DNA of 64,000 nucleotides from Candidatus Levyibacteriota bacterium (GCA_016214555.1 JACROF010000003.1:930-64929), one strand, 5' to 3'; positions 1-10,361 are shown, numbered from the stretch's first letter. The notes: generated by a model not told the origin, from the letters alone. Made by a program: numbers and translations.

Positions 1-39
1 CCAGCATTCATCCTGAACCAGGATCAAATTCTCAAAAAA
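1..39 (-). rRNA. rrs: 16S rRNA gene, 5' end (runs off the window)
   Basis: Reverse complement of 1-32 reads AGAATTTGATCCTGGTTCAGGATGAATGCTGG, the conserved 16S 5' signature; exact mature 5' end approximate. Confidence 0.95.
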
Positions 40-291
40 ATACTTCGACTTTCGCCAAAGTACTCTGACGGTAATCGGATAAAAAAATCTGGTGTGTGCA
101 CCAGAAGGGGAAATCCAATTCCTAATTATTCCCTACCACTTTCCAGATGTCAAAGTACGAATTACGTCTTGTTAGTCCCGAAGGGACAAGTTAAGAGGTA
201 AATGAGGTAGTAGAGCTAGAGACAAAAAAAACTCGCCGAGGCGAGTCCAATGAGATTGCTCAATTGTCTTCTCTCTACATACGTATTAGCT

Positions 292-319
292 ATTATAGCT
301 AGAATCCCACGATTGTCAA
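292..319 (-). promoter_or_regulatory. rRNA operon sigma70 promoter
   Basis: TTGACA (319-314), 16 nt spacer, TATAAT (297-292), pointing to the 16S gene; leader has a UUCG hairpin (~176-187) and boxA-like GTACTTTGACA (158-148). Confidence 0.8.
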
Positions 320-900
320 GCTCCCAGAAGAGTTTTAACTCTCAGAAAATCTTCTTTAAGAAATGGCTTGAATTTATTGGGAAAACGAAGTGCTGCTGCG
401 GGGTGGTAGGTCAAGAAATATTTAATACCAGCTTGTCCTGAGCTTGCCGAAGGATCTTTTTCTTCAATGATATGACCCCTATCTTTGGTAACAAAAACTT
501 TTCTCTGCAAAACTCCTTCGGCTGCAACCCGACCAAGTAATACGACAAATTTTGGCTGAATAATCTCAAATTGCTTCATCAAATGCTCCCTGCCATGCGC
601 TATGTCATCACTTGTTGGTGTACCGCGATCTGGAAGGTATTTTACAGGGCTTGTGATGTAGACATCTTCTTGATCATCAAAACCAATTTCACGAATGAGA
701 CTTCGAAGCAGCTGTCCTGAACGGCCAATAAACGGACGTCCAGTTGCTGCTTCAGTCTTTCCAGGCGCCTCACCAATAAAAACAATATCTGCATCTGGAT
801 TCCCCTCACCTGGCACAGCCATACCACTTTTATTTTCTTTACAAACTTTACAACTCTCAATCTCTTTTGCAATTTCATCCATTGCCCTTTGTTTATTCAT
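316..900 (-). CDS. Uracil-DNA glycosylase family 4 (Fe-S type)
   Basis: CxxC, GEGNPDADIVFIGEAPG, GRPFIGRSG and TYHPAAALR motifs; contains 8-aa insertion PSASSGQA. Confidence 0.93.
   Translation of the reverse strand: MNKQRAMDEIAKEIESCKVCKENKSGMAVPGEGNPDADIVFIGEAPGKTEAATGRPFIGRSGQLLRSLIREIGFDDQEDVYITSPVKYLPDRGTPTSDDIAHGREHLMKQFEIIQPKFVVLLGRVAAEGVLQRKVFVTKDRGHIIEEKDPSASSGQAGIKYFLTYHPAAALRFPNKFKPFLKEDFLRVKTLLGA
430..454. repeat. Short REP-like element inserted in frame in the UDG gene
   Basis: GCTTGTCCTGAGCTTGCCGAAGGA; encodes PSASSGQA between EEKD and GIKYF. Confidence 0.6.
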
Positions 901-996
901 TACTTTATTTTACATAATTGAGATCTTTTGGTATAGATTATTCTATTGACTCAATATATTTTGAAACGTACAATAAGATTGAAGTGCACAATGTAA

Positions 997-2079
997 ATGC
1001 CTATTTCTCCTGATATCCAAAGACCAGCACAAAGCCCTGAAGAACTTCGCGCAAAATTTGAACCAGAGGTCATCCTACGTACAGATAAAATAGAGATCAT
1101 TGCAGGAAAAGGAAATCCTAAATTAGCACAAAAAATTGCCTGGTTAGTCGGAAAAGATCTCAATGAACCAGTTACTATATTTGCAGATGGTGAAAAAAGA
1201 CTCAAAACTACTCAGGCAAACCTTAGGAAAAAAGGGGTTTTTATTATTCAGTCAATGCAGCCATCACCTGATGAACGCTTGATGGAGATGTATATCATGA
1301 TTGATGCGGTGCGTCGAGCATCAGCTGATGATATAGCAGGAGTTATTACCTACCCTGCATATATGCGTCAGGATCAAAAAGACCTCTCAAGGGTCCCTAT
1401 TAGTGCTACTGTCCCACCAAGAATTCTGCAGATGCTTGGTCTAAATAGAATGCTAAGCATGGAGCTTCATACTGGTGCACAGCAGGGTTTTTTTGATGGA
1501 CCCCATGACATTGTCGACTCGAGTTTTGTAACTGTGCCTGAAATATCATCGAGGCATCTTGCAAATCCGATAGTCGCTGCTGCAGATGTTGGCGGAACAA
1601 AACGTGCGAGGAATTTTTCTCGTCTGATGGGACTTGGGGATCGAGTGATACAAGGCGACAAGGAACGAGATACGGGAATAGAAAATGAGTCAAAGTCTCA
1701 TGGAGTTGAAGGTAATGTTAGAGGAAAAGACGTCATAATTGTTGAGGACATGATCGATACAGCAGGTACCCTTGTGGATGTGGCAAAAGCACTTAAGCAA
1801 CAAGGTGCCGAAAGTATTCGTGCTGTTGCGCCTTATGGAATTTTTTCAACCAAAATTGATCCAGAAACCTATCAACCTATTTCTGCAATTCAAAGAATTA
1901 TTGATTCAGATATTGATGAAATTATCACGACAAATGCGATACCTGCTCAACCAGGAGTTGTTGAAAGCGGAAAAGTGACATATGTAGATATTGCCCCCAT
2001 GCTTGCTGAGGCAATTCTTTGTATTCATACTGGAGAATCGATAAGCGAACGGTTGATTCTTCCAAAACCCCAGCATTAA
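997..2079 (+). CDS. prs: Ribose-phosphate pyrophosphokinase
   Basis: FADGE, YMRQD, D(V)GG and VIIVEDMIDTAGTL PRPP-binding motifs. Confidence 0.92.
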   Translation: MPISPDIQRPAQSPEELRAKFEPEVILRTDKIEIIAGKGNPKLAQKIAWLVGKDLNEPVTIFADGEKRLKTTQANLRKKGVFIIQSMQPSPDERLMEMYIMIDAVRRASADDIAGVITYPAYMRQDQKDLSRVPISATVPPRILQMLGLNRMLSMELHTGAQQGFFDGPHDIVDSSFVTVPEISSRHLANPIVAAADVGGTKRARNFSRLMGLGDRVIQGDKERDTGIENESKSHGVEGNVRGKDVIIVEDMIDTAGTLVDVAKALKQQGAESIRAVAPYGIFSTKIDPETYQPISAIQRIIDSDIDEIITTNAIPAQPGVVESGKVTYVDIAPMLAEAILCIHTGESISERLILPKPQH

Positions 2080-2089
2080 GCACTATATA

Positions 2090-2623
2090 TTACTGGGATT
2101 TTTTCATTGCCTCAAATAAAACAATTGCCAGGCTGACCATCACATTCATAGACTTATTAACTCCCCACATAGGAATTTCTGCAATCTCATCACATGCCGC
2201 AAGTGTTTCTTGAGAAATCCCATGAGATTCATGACCTACAACCAATGCAAGAGGCAATGAATAATCAATCTGATCATATGGCCTACTTTTTTTGTCTAAT
2301 TCAACCGCCACTACTTGCAAGTCTTTAATCTCAAATCGCAAATCTTTAATCGCCTCAACTGCAGTCTCTGCGTACTCCCACTGGACCCATTCAGTAGTAT
2401 TAATTGAGGCTTTTTTGATCCTAGTATCAGGTGGAGTCTCTGTCCTACCACAAAGAATAACTTTCTTTGCAGCAACTGCATCAGCGAGTCGAAAAATCGC
2501 TCCCGTATTATACGTATCCAAAACATTATCTACTATAATATAGACTGGATTTTTCTTAATTTTTGAAACTTCTTTTGGATCAGCAATCGTAGTACGAAGC
2601 TCTGCAGCACCTAATTTAATCAT
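2090..2623 (-). CDS. TrmH/SpoU family RNA methyltransferase
   Basis: DNVLDTYNTGAIFR, VVGHESHGI and IPMWGVNKSMNV SPOUT motifs. Confidence 0.9.
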   Translation of the reverse strand: MIKLGAAELRTTIADPKEVSKIKKNPVYIIVDNVLDTYNTGAIFRLADAVAAKKVILCGRTETPPDTRIKKASINTTEWVQWEYAETAVEAIKDLRFEIKDLQVVAVELDKKSRPYDQIDYSLPLALVVGHESHGISQETLAACDEIAEIPMWGVNKSMNVMVSLAIVLFEAMKKSQ

Positions 2624-2646
2624 AACATGAATTATACACTATCGGC

Positions 2647-3525
2647 CTATTGTGTGGAAGTAGAAGACTCTTTTAGCTGTTTGAGTTGTTCTTGGAGACT
2701 TTTAATCGTAACTTTTAGCTGCGCTAGCTCCTGTTCACGTTGTTTTCGAAGTTGCTCAACCTTGACAAGGTAGTCTTGTATTGCTTTTTGTCTTTGAGCA
2801 ATAAGTGCTTTTCTTTGCTGCTGCTGGGCAGAACGGGATGCTTCTTGTTGCTCTTTTTTCAACTTTACTTCTGCAGCTCGACTTGCGAGCTTTTGATAGG
2901 CTGCAAATCTCTTGTCAAGCTTTTCATTTGAACTAGTTACTCCCATCACTGCTTCGTCAAGTTCCTGATCCAAATTTGCAGCAAGCTCATGCTCTCGATC
3001 TCCCATTGGTAGTGCTTCCTCTGTAGCTAATTTTGCATCCCACAACACATCTGCTGCTGCAGTAAGTTTTTGCTCAAATACGGTATCTGGCATCTGAGAC
3101 CTAACCTGTAAAAGAATACTTCGATAATCAGCCAATCCTTGATGAATTGTCCTCGCAAGTTGTGTGACGTCTTTCCCTTGAGCAAAAGCGTCTTTCACTT
3201 CTTTTGCAGCTGCCATTGTCTCAATTTGCAATTCTGAAAGTGCTTGATCAATACCTGCTTGATTGTTACGAGAAGTTTCAACGCGAAGCTCTGCCAAACG
3301 TTCATAAGCAATCTGCATATGAAGTTTTGCTTTGTTTTCGGGAGTAAAAACAAATGATAACCTAGTTTTTTGATAAAGCTTATCAAGAAAATACAATGGG
3401 CTATCAGGAAGAATATAGCCTGGACCTGCTGTTACATCAGGAAAAGAAATTTTTTGTCCATCATCAGCAACTGCTACTGGAACAAAAAAAAGAAGAAGAG
3501 CAAAAAAGGGCAATATTCGCCTCAT
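2647..3525 (-). CDS. Secreted DUF5667-like coiled-coil protein
   Basis: Signal peptide, ILPDSPLYFLD motif, helical coiled-coil C-terminus. Confidence 0.7.
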   Translation of the reverse strand: MRRILPFFALLLFFVPVAVADDGQKISFPDVTAGPGYILPDSPLYFLDKLYQKTRLSFVFTPENKAKLHMQIAYERLAELRVETSRNNQAGIDQALSELQIETMAAAKEVKDAFAQGKDVTQLARTIHQGLADYRSILLQVRSQMPDTVFEQKLTAAADVLWDAKLATEEALPMGDREHELAANLDQELDEAVMGVTSSNEKLDKRFAAYQKLASRAAEVKLKKEQQEASRSAQQQQRKALIAQRQKAIQDYLVKVEQLRKQREQELAQLKVTIKSLQEQLKQLKESSTSTQ

Positions 3526-3599
3526 ATGAACATATTGTGTACACCTTTGCAGTAATTTGTCAAGAACATGTATTATTTTGTTATACTATCTAGTACTTT

Positions 3600-4067
3600 A
3601 TGACAGCAACTGGCCATGCACTTTTAGGCGTCGCACTCGCAGCGGCTATCCCAAACCCTCTCATAGGAATACCTACAGCCATTATTTCACATGTTGCAGC
3701 TGATGCTTTTCCGCACTGGGATACTGGGACAAATCTTAAAAGAAATAATCCAAAATCCAAAAAAACAAAACTGCAATTTGTCATCCAATCATACATCGAT
3801 CTAGGAGTAAGTTTTGTTCTTCCCTATACTGTGATGCAGATTTTCTTCCCACACCTCAATATTTTGTATGGATATTCCATGATAATAGCAGCACAACTTT
3901 TTGATTGGCTTGCAGCACCTTATATTTTCCTTGATTGGAAATTTCCTCCATTTTCCTGGGTTTCTTCACTTCAGAAAATGTTTGATCACAGACTTGATAA
4001 ACCTTGGGGAATTATTGGACAAGTGGCTATTATTGCCTTCTTTCTCTATGTAGCAATACTTGTTTAA
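3600..4067 (+). CDS. Membrane protein, metal-dependent hydrolase-like (YdjM-like)
   Basis: N-terminal GHALLG, SHVAADAFPH motif, several TM segments. Confidence 0.6.
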   Translation: MTATGHALLGVALAAAIPNPLIGIPTAIISHVAADAFPHWDTGTNLKRNNPKSKKTKLQFVIQSYIDLGVSFVLPYTVMQIFFPHLNILYGYSMIIAAQLFDWLAAPYIFLDWKFPPFSWVSSLQKMFDHRLDKPWGIIGQVAIIAFFLYVAILV

Positions 4068-4072
4068 AACAA

Positions 4073-6130
4073 TTATTCTTCCTTTTTAATATCCTCTAAC
4101 TTCCAGCTAGCAAAAGTGCAGTTGGGATAGTTACTGCAGCCATAAAATTTTCTTCCTTTTCGAGTTTTCTTGATAATAATTTTTCCTGGATTTGATGGAA
4201 GATTGCCATCTTTTGGACAGGATAGCTTAGTTTCTTCAATAAGAGGTTTTGTAAATTTACACGTAGGAAAAGTACTGCATGACACAAATTTTCCAAATTT
4301 CCCTGTTCTGATTACAAGATCTGAACCACAATCAGGGCACTTCTCTCCTGTCTTTTCTGTCTCAATTTTTATCCGGTCAGCATCTTTTACATCAAGTAAT
4401 TTTTGAGAAAAAGGTTTATAGAATTCTTTCATCATATCTATCCATCTGGTATCTCCGCTCGCAATGCCATCCAACTTATCCTCCATTTGGGCTGTAAAAG
4501 GAATATCGTCAATTGATGAAAAATTTGTTACCAAAAAATCATTTACCGCAGCTCCAACAGGCGTTGCTTCAAATCTTTTCTCAACCCTTTCAACATATGA
4601 CCGATCGACAAGTGTTGAGATGATTGAAGCATAGGTCGATGGTCTCCCAATCCCTTTCTCCTCAAGAGTCGCGATAATTGAAGCGTCATTATACCGTGGA
4701 GGTGGAGGCGTCTCATGATGCTCTCCATAAACAGACTTAGCTACCAAGACTTCATTAACTTGAAACTTTGGTAGCTTATTATCCTGAAGTGCTTGAGGAT
4801 TAATTTTTAAAAATCCGTCAAAAATTAGCACAGAACCACTTGCTTTGAATGTATAGCTGTGTTTTTTACCTTTCGAATTTACGAAAACAGTCGTTGACTC
4901 AATAAGCGCATCGCTCATCTGAGAAGCCACTGCCCTTTTCCAAATTAATTCATAGAGTCTTGCGCAGTCTTTACCAAGAGATGACTCAATCGATGCAACA
5001 TATGAGCTTGTGAGTTCTTCAAACTTTGTGGGTCTTATTGCTTCATGAGCTTCCTGGGCTGATTTTTGCTTGGCAGTATAGACACGTGATTGAGGTGGAA
5101 TATACTTATCCCCATAAGCTTTTTTGACATAAGCTCTCATTTGATTGACAGCAACAGGTGAGAGTGTTGTCGAGTCTGTCCTGTGATAAGAGATAAATCC
5201 TTCCTCATACAACTTCTGCGCAAGACTCATGGTTCTTTTTCCTGAATAGCCATATCGTCGTGATGCGTCTTGCTGAAGCGTTGAGGTAGTAAAAGGCGCA
5301 TAAGGACTCCTCTTTGCCTGCTTTTGAGAAATATCTAACACAACGTAATTGCTGTTTTTTAAATCAGTGATGATATCCTCTGATTTTTCCTCCGTATCTA
5401 TTATTGTTTTGGAAGTTTTGTATGTTCCATCATAGAGCTCAAATGATTTTGACTGCTCAATTTTTTTCTCATCGATTTCAACTAGATCAAAAACTACTTC
5501 ACTCCCTTTTATCTTGTCTTTGGACAACTCTGCATGGATAGACCAATAACTCTCTTTGGAAAATTTTTCAATTTCCCGCTCTCGCTCAACAATCAGACGA
5601 AGCGCGACACTCTGAACTCTACCTGCCGATAATCCTCTTCGCACTTTTTGCCAGAGAAGTGGCGACAACTTATAACCAACAAGTCTATCCAAAACCCGTC
5701 TTGCAATTTGTGCATCTACCAAATGAGTATCAACATTTCTGGGGTGCTTAACTGCTTCTTTAATAGCGTCTTGTGTAATTTCATGAAAGACTATCCTTTG
5801 AAATTTTAAATTTTTAATTTTTAATTTTAAATTTGAGCTGAGAACATCTTTGATGTTTGAAGCTATTGCTTCTCCCTCACGATCAGGATCTGTTGCTAAA
5901 ATAATACTGTCTGCATTTTTTGCTGCTGATTTTAATTCGCTAATAAGTTTTTTCTTATCTGCAATTACTATCAAATCTGGCTTAAAGTCATGTTCGACAT
6001 CAACACCAAGTGTGCTCTTCGGAAGATCCATAATATGACCCATTGAATATTTGATCACGTAATCATCTCCCAAATATTTTGAGATAGTTCTTGCCTTGGT
6101 GGGTGATTCAACTATTACTAAATTTTTCAT
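4073..6130 (-). CDS. topA: DNA topoisomerase I
   Basis: LVIVESPTKA, ATDPDREGEAI, SAGRVQS, ISYHRTDS, AHEAIRPT, C-terminal Zn ribbons; start moved to MKNLV. Confidence 0.98.
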   Translation of the reverse strand: MKNLVIVESPTKARTISKYLGDDYVIKYSMGHIMDLPKSTLGVDVEHDFKPDLIVIADKKKLISELKSAAKNADSIILATDPDREGEAIASNIKDVLSSNLKLKIKNLKFQRIVFHEITQDAIKEAVKHPRNVDTHLVDAQIARRVLDRLVGYKLSPLLWQKVRRGLSAGRVQSVALRLIVEREREIEKFSKESYWSIHAELSKDKIKGSEVVFDLVEIDEKKIEQSKSFELYDGTYKTSKTIIDTEEKSEDIITDLKNSNYVVLDISQKQAKRSPYAPFTTSTLQQDASRRYGYSGKRTMSLAQKLYEEGFISYHRTDSTTLSPVAVNQMRAYVKKAYGDKYIPPQSRVYTAKQKSAQEAHEAIRPTKFEELTSSYVASIESSLGKDCARLYELIWKRAVASQMSDALIESTTVFVNSKGKKHSYTFKASGSVLIFDGFLKINPQALQDNKLPKFQVNEVLVAKSVYGEHHETPPPPRYNDASIIATLEEKGIGRPSTYASIISTLVDRSYVERVEKRFEATPVGAAVNDFLVTNFSSIDDIPFTAQMEDKLDGIASGDTRWIDMMKEFYKPFSQKLLDVKDADRIKIETEKTGEKCPDCGSDLVIRTGKFGKFVSCSTFPTCKFTKPLIEETKLSCPKDGNLPSNPGKIIIKKTRKGRKFYGCSNYPNCTFASWKLEDIKKEE

Positions 6131-6241
6131 ATAAAAAAGCAATAAGATTAATCAAAAAGATTTAGGCAGCAATACAATTTGGTTTGACTTATTGCTTGAA
6201 TATTGTAGTCACCATTATACAAGCACTGTCAAGTAGAGGTA

Positions 6242-7324
6242 TCAATAACCTAACAAATGGTACTTCCCTTGGTCCGATTTACGAAGAATTTTTTTGATCT
6301 CCATAACAGACAAAATGATATTCAACCTTGAAGGATCAAAAGAAATTCTTTTTACAAGCTCATCAAACGTTAACTCTTCATGAGCTAATAAAGTAATAAT
6401 AGTTTGCTCGTCCGGTACATCGCTTTTGAATAATGTATGTTTTATCATTGGTGATGCTTCACCTAAAGAACTCAAGATATCATCACCTGATGTGACAAGT
6501 ACAGCTCCCTTTTTAAGAAGCTTATTGGGTCCCTTTGAAAGACTGGATGTGATAGGACCAGGTATTGCAAAAACAGACCTTTTGTTAACAAAACAGTCCT
6601 CAGCAGTAATCAAAGCACCACTATCCTCTGCCCCTTCAGTGACAACTATTGCCTTTGATAGTCCAGCGATAATACGATTTCTTGATGGAAAAGAACCTTT
6701 AGTAGGCTGAGATCCCGGTGGGTATTCTGAAACAATCAAGCTGCCCTCTGACAAGATCCTTTCATAAATTTTTTCATTTTCTTTCGGAAAACAAAGATCT
6801 ACCCCGCATCCCAAAACAGCGATAGTTTTCCCTTTGTTCTCAAGCGCTGTCTGGTGAGCAATAGCGTCAACTCCCATCGCAAGACCAGAAATAATGCAAA
6901 AATTTGCCTCAACGAGCTCACGAGTCACCATTTCAGTCACCTGTCGACCATATGTCGTTATTTTTCTAGTTCCAACAACACCAAGAGTATTTTGTAACAA
7001 AAACAAATCAGGATTCCCTTTCCCAAAAAGCACAAAAGGTGGATTTGCACTCTGCCTTAGCAACTCAGGATAATCATTATCTGCTAATGTGACAAACCAT
7101 ATATTTTTTGCCTCAAGATTTTTAACGTAAGAATCAAGGGAGAAATTCTTTTTGAAAACAAAAAACTTTTGAGCTAGGGCAGGTTTTGCTATCGCTTCAA
7201 AACTACTCTCTGATGCATTCCAAGCATTTTCTGCTGAACCAAAAGCTTCCAGAAGCTGGCGAAATTTTTTAGGTCCAATTCCTGGAAAAAGTGAAAATCC
7301 TAACCAATATAATTTTTCTTGCAT
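6242..7324 (-). CDS. dprA: DNA-processing protein DprA
   Basis: VVGTR, ISGLAMGVD, FPSRNRIIAGLS, SGALITA; next to topA. Confidence 0.96.
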   Translation of the reverse strand: MQEKLYWLGFSLFPGIGPKKFRQLLEAFGSAENAWNASESSFEAIAKPALAQKFFVFKKNFSLDSYVKNLEAKNIWFVTLADNDYPELLRQSANPPFVLFGKGNPDLFLLQNTLGVVGTRKITTYGRQVTEMVTRELVEANFCIISGLAMGVDAIAHQTALENKGKTIAVLGCGVDLCFPKENEKIYERILSEGSLIVSEYPPGSQPTKGSFPSRNRIIAGLSKAIVVTEGAEDSGALITAEDCFVNKRSVFAIPGPITSSLSKGPNKLLKKGAVLVTSGDDILSSLGEASPMIKHTLFKSDVPDEQTIITLLAHEELTFDELVKRISFDPSRLNIILSVMEIKKILRKSDQGKYHLLGY

Positions 7325-7371
7325 GAGAGAATAAATTCAGTATAGCAAGGACTAGAAGATAACAAAAAAAA

Positions 7372-9150
7372 TCAATGGAGATTGCCAAAATACGACTCGA
7401 GAATTTTCTTAGCAATTGGTCCTGCTTCACTTGAGCCCTCACCTGATGATTCGTTGAGAACAGTAATAATAATTTGTGGGTCATAGGCAGGAGCATACAG
7501 CGTGATCCACGCATGAGGAAGTGTCTCCTCGGTACCATGCTGAGCTGTTCCCGTTTTGCATGCTATCGATATATGACGATAATCACTCAATGCGGCAGAA
7601 TTACTTGCTTGAGGATCTGGTAATATATTTTTCCCATCGATTCTTAATTCTGAATTCTTAATTCTGAATTGGAACAATGGCCATGCTGTTCCTCCTGTGT
7701 CGCATGCCCCAATCATGCCAGAACGAATAAGAGAAATATCCTCTTTTGATAAAGGCACTTTAGCAATAACTTCTTCGCGAGCGTTCTTCAAAAGATGAGG
7801 CTTATACAATTTTCCTCCATTGGCAATAGCTTGAGTCCATGCGTTAACCTGGAGAGGAGATGTTAATAAATACCCTTGCCCAATACCATAGATATAGGTG
7901 TCCCCTAAATACCACTCCTCACCTACATTTTTTTGCTTCCATTTTTCATCAGGCAAAACACCCGATGCCTCACCGGGAAGGTCTATACCAAGCTTTTTCC
8001 CAACCCCCATATTTTTGGAAGTTTCTACAATAGTTGACAAGCCAATTTTTGCTGCTAATTCATAGAAAAAAATATCATTGGACCTGGCAAGCGCTTTCAC
8101 TACATCTACCTCACCTTCTGTTCTACCATATTGGCTAAAATACCAATTTGAGTAGGAATATGGTCCAATAGTAATTTTTCCTTTATCAGTAACCTTATAA
8201 GACCCATCAATTTTTTTACTTTCCAGCGCTCCTGCTGCCATCACAATTTTAAATGTAGAACCCGGTGGATAGGTTCCTGAAATTGCACGGTCTAAGAGTG
8301 GCTGATTTTCTCCTGTAAGTATTGCTGACACTGTTGGATATGCCGTATTAGTAGCTTTATATGACTGAGTCAGTGTGAAAAGATTTGGATCAAATGATGG
8401 CTTGGACATCAGTGCTAATACCTCACCATTTGGAGTCGTCACAACAACCGCCCCTTTATGAACATCTTTCATCGCATCGTAAGCTGATTGCTGTAATCTT
8501 GCATCAAGAGTAAGCAGGAGGTCGTGACCTGGAGTTGGATCTGTCTGACCAAGTATCCTTACTTCCTTTCCTGATGCGTCCACTTCAACAAGTCGCTTCC
8601 CATTTATTCCCTTAAGAAATGGTTCATACTGATACTCAATTCCTGTCTTACCTATAAAATCAGTAATATCATAATCTTGATAAAGCGGAGAGTTCAATTG
8701 CTCTTTATCTACCTGCCCAACATATCCTAAAACATGTGCCATTGCATCTTTAAAAGGATACTGCCTCAAAGAATCAACAAACAATGACTTATCGCCTTTT
8801 GCTATTTTTTCAAGCGCATCTTCTTGCGTTAAAAGTTTTGTTTTCTCTCCGATCGTCTGACGAAATCCTGGAATATTATAGATAAGCGGAATCCCGTTTC
8901 TGTCAAAAATAACGCCTCTTGGGGCATAAATTATTGATGTCCTAATACGATTTGAGTCAGAGAGACCTCGATAAAAATCACCTCTTATAATCTGCAAAAA
9001 AACAATTCTAAAAAAAAGAATACCGCCAAAAAGAGCAACAAAAAGAATAAGAATTTGCGATCTCATACCACGAGAAATATTTTCAGAAAAGGTATGACGT
9101 TTGATTTTTTCTGTCCTGATTGCGTCTGGAAATGCTATACCATGCTTCAT
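7372..9150 (-). CDS. mrdA: Penicillin-binding protein 2
   Basis: PGSTFK (SxxK), SND, KTGTAQ; in mre operon. Confidence 0.93.
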   Translation of the reverse strand: MKHGIAFPDAIRTEKIKRHTFSENISRGMRSQILILFVALFGGILFFRIVFLQIIRGDFYRGLSDSNRIRTSIIYAPRGVIFDRNGIPLIYNIPGFRQTIGEKTKLLTQEDALEKIAKGDKSLFVDSLRQYPFKDAMAHVLGYVGQVDKEQLNSPLYQDYDITDFIGKTGIEYQYEPFLKGINGKRLVEVDASGKEVRILGQTDPTPGHDLLLTLDARLQQSAYDAMKDVHKGAVVVTTPNGEVLALMSKPSFDPNLFTLTQSYKATNTAYPTVSAILTGENQPLLDRAISGTYPPGSTFKIVMAAGALESKKIDGSYKVTDKGKITIGPYSYSNWYFSQYGRTEGEVDVVKALARSNDIFFYELAAKIGLSTIVETSKNMGVGKKLGIDLPGEASGVLPDEKWKQKNVGEEWYLGDTYIYGIGQGYLLTSPLQVNAWTQAIANGGKLYKPHLLKNAREEVIAKVPLSKEDISLIRSGMIGACDTGGTAWPLFQFRIKNSELRIDGKNILPDPQASNSAALSDYRHISIACKTGTAQHGTEETLPHAWITLYAPAYDPQIIITVLNESSGEGSSEAGPIAKKILESYFGNLH

Positions 9151-9569
9151 ATCAAATGTTTTGCTGTCTTTTGTCCCAAAATAACAGAAAAAAGAAGAAA
9201 GTTAGCTGATGCAACAATACTACTTATGATAATTTGCAAAAAAGGGTGAGGTGATGGATACACAAAAAAATATGCTGAAGAAAGAACCACTGATGCTCCC
9301 ACTATAAAAGGAAGAGATTTTGTTTCAAATTTTCTCTCATAAAGAAAAACAAGTAGTACACTGCAAATAAAAAAAAGGCTACTTTGCCCGATATGTCTCA
9401 CAAGAAATATATCGATAAGTAATCCAAATATAAATGACAAACCAAAAACAAAAGTGTCTTTGGTAAAAACAGTTACTAATAATAGGGCCATTAAAACAAT
9501 TGGCAGAGAAGTAAAAACAGCTTCAATATACAAAGCTATAATAAGCAAAAAAACAAGTGCTATTTTCAT
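9147..9569 (-). CDS. mreD: Rod shape-determining protein MreD-like membrane protein
   Basis: Hydrophobic, GLLIDIF motif, between mreC and mrdA. Confidence 0.7.
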   Translation of the reverse strand: MKIALVFLLIIALYIEAVFTSLPIVLMALLLVTVFTKDTFVFGLSFIFGLLIDIFLVRHIGQSSLFFICSVLLVFLYERKFETKSLPFIVGASVVLSSAYFFVYPSPHPFLQIIISSIVASANFLLFSVILGQKTAKHLI

Positions 9570-9575
9570 AAATAA

Positions 9576-10361
9576 TTATCGATGGACAAATACAGTAGTG
9601 AGTCTTGGGATATCCACCAATCGAGAGAGTTTTGCTGTTTGGAAAAGTGAACTTGGTTTTTTTTCAATGGATATAATCTTTCCTATTTGTAAATCAGAAA
9701 TAACACCAACACCATCGATATCAACACTTCCTTTAGTCAATACAATATCGTTTTTCTTTAACTCATCTGAAAGAACCACGTTGTCAAGTAAAAATTCTCC
9801 ATTCCCTTGTCCTTTCACAACACCAAGCGCCTGAGTTTCAGACGTAATAGCTGTTACTGAAAATCTCTTATGAAAACTCAAGTCAACAAGTGATACATGT
9901 TCACGAACCTCACTGATCTGCCCGATGAGAACATTTTCATACACAACTGTCATTCCCTTTGCCAAACCATCGCTTGCTCCTTTATCAATAACAAATTGCT
10001 CTGGGAGTGAGTAGCCTGGAAGAAATGATTTCATCCCAACAACCTTTGCAGGAAGAAGCTTAGAGAATTCTAATTTCTCTGTAGCAAATTGGTCTCGAAG
10101 AGCGTTGATTTCTTTTTGCTGCTGTTTGCTTGCTATAAGCTGTGACTGAAGCGAGGCAATCTGCTGACGGAGCCTATCGATCTCTGAGCTTCCAGTTGTT
10201 ACTGCGTATGCAGTAAATGACACGCTCCTCACTATATTACTTGGACCCTCTAAAAAACCACTCACCATCCTACCCATTGCGGATCGAAAGAAAAGAAAAC
10301 TAAGTATTGAAAGAAAAAAGAAGAAAAGAAAACTGAGAAAAAAATTCCCGCGTCGTGGCAT
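9576..10361 (-). CDS. mreC: Rod shape-determining protein MreC
   Basis: TM, coiled coil, IDKGASDG, LIGQI, DIVLTKG. Confidence 0.92.
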   Translation of the reverse strand: MPRRGNFFLSFLFFFFLSILSFLFFRSAMGRMVSGFLEGPSNIVRSVSFTAYAVTTGSSEIDRLRQQIASLQSQLIASKQQQKEINALRDQFATEKLEFSKLLPAKVVGMKSFLPGYSLPEQFVIDKGASDGLAKGMTVVYENVLIGQISEVREHVSLVDLSFHKRFSVTAITSETQALGVVKGQGNGEFLLDNVVLSDELKKNDIVLTKGSVDIDGVGVISDLQIGKIISIEKKPSSLFQTAKLSRLVDIPRLTTVFVHR

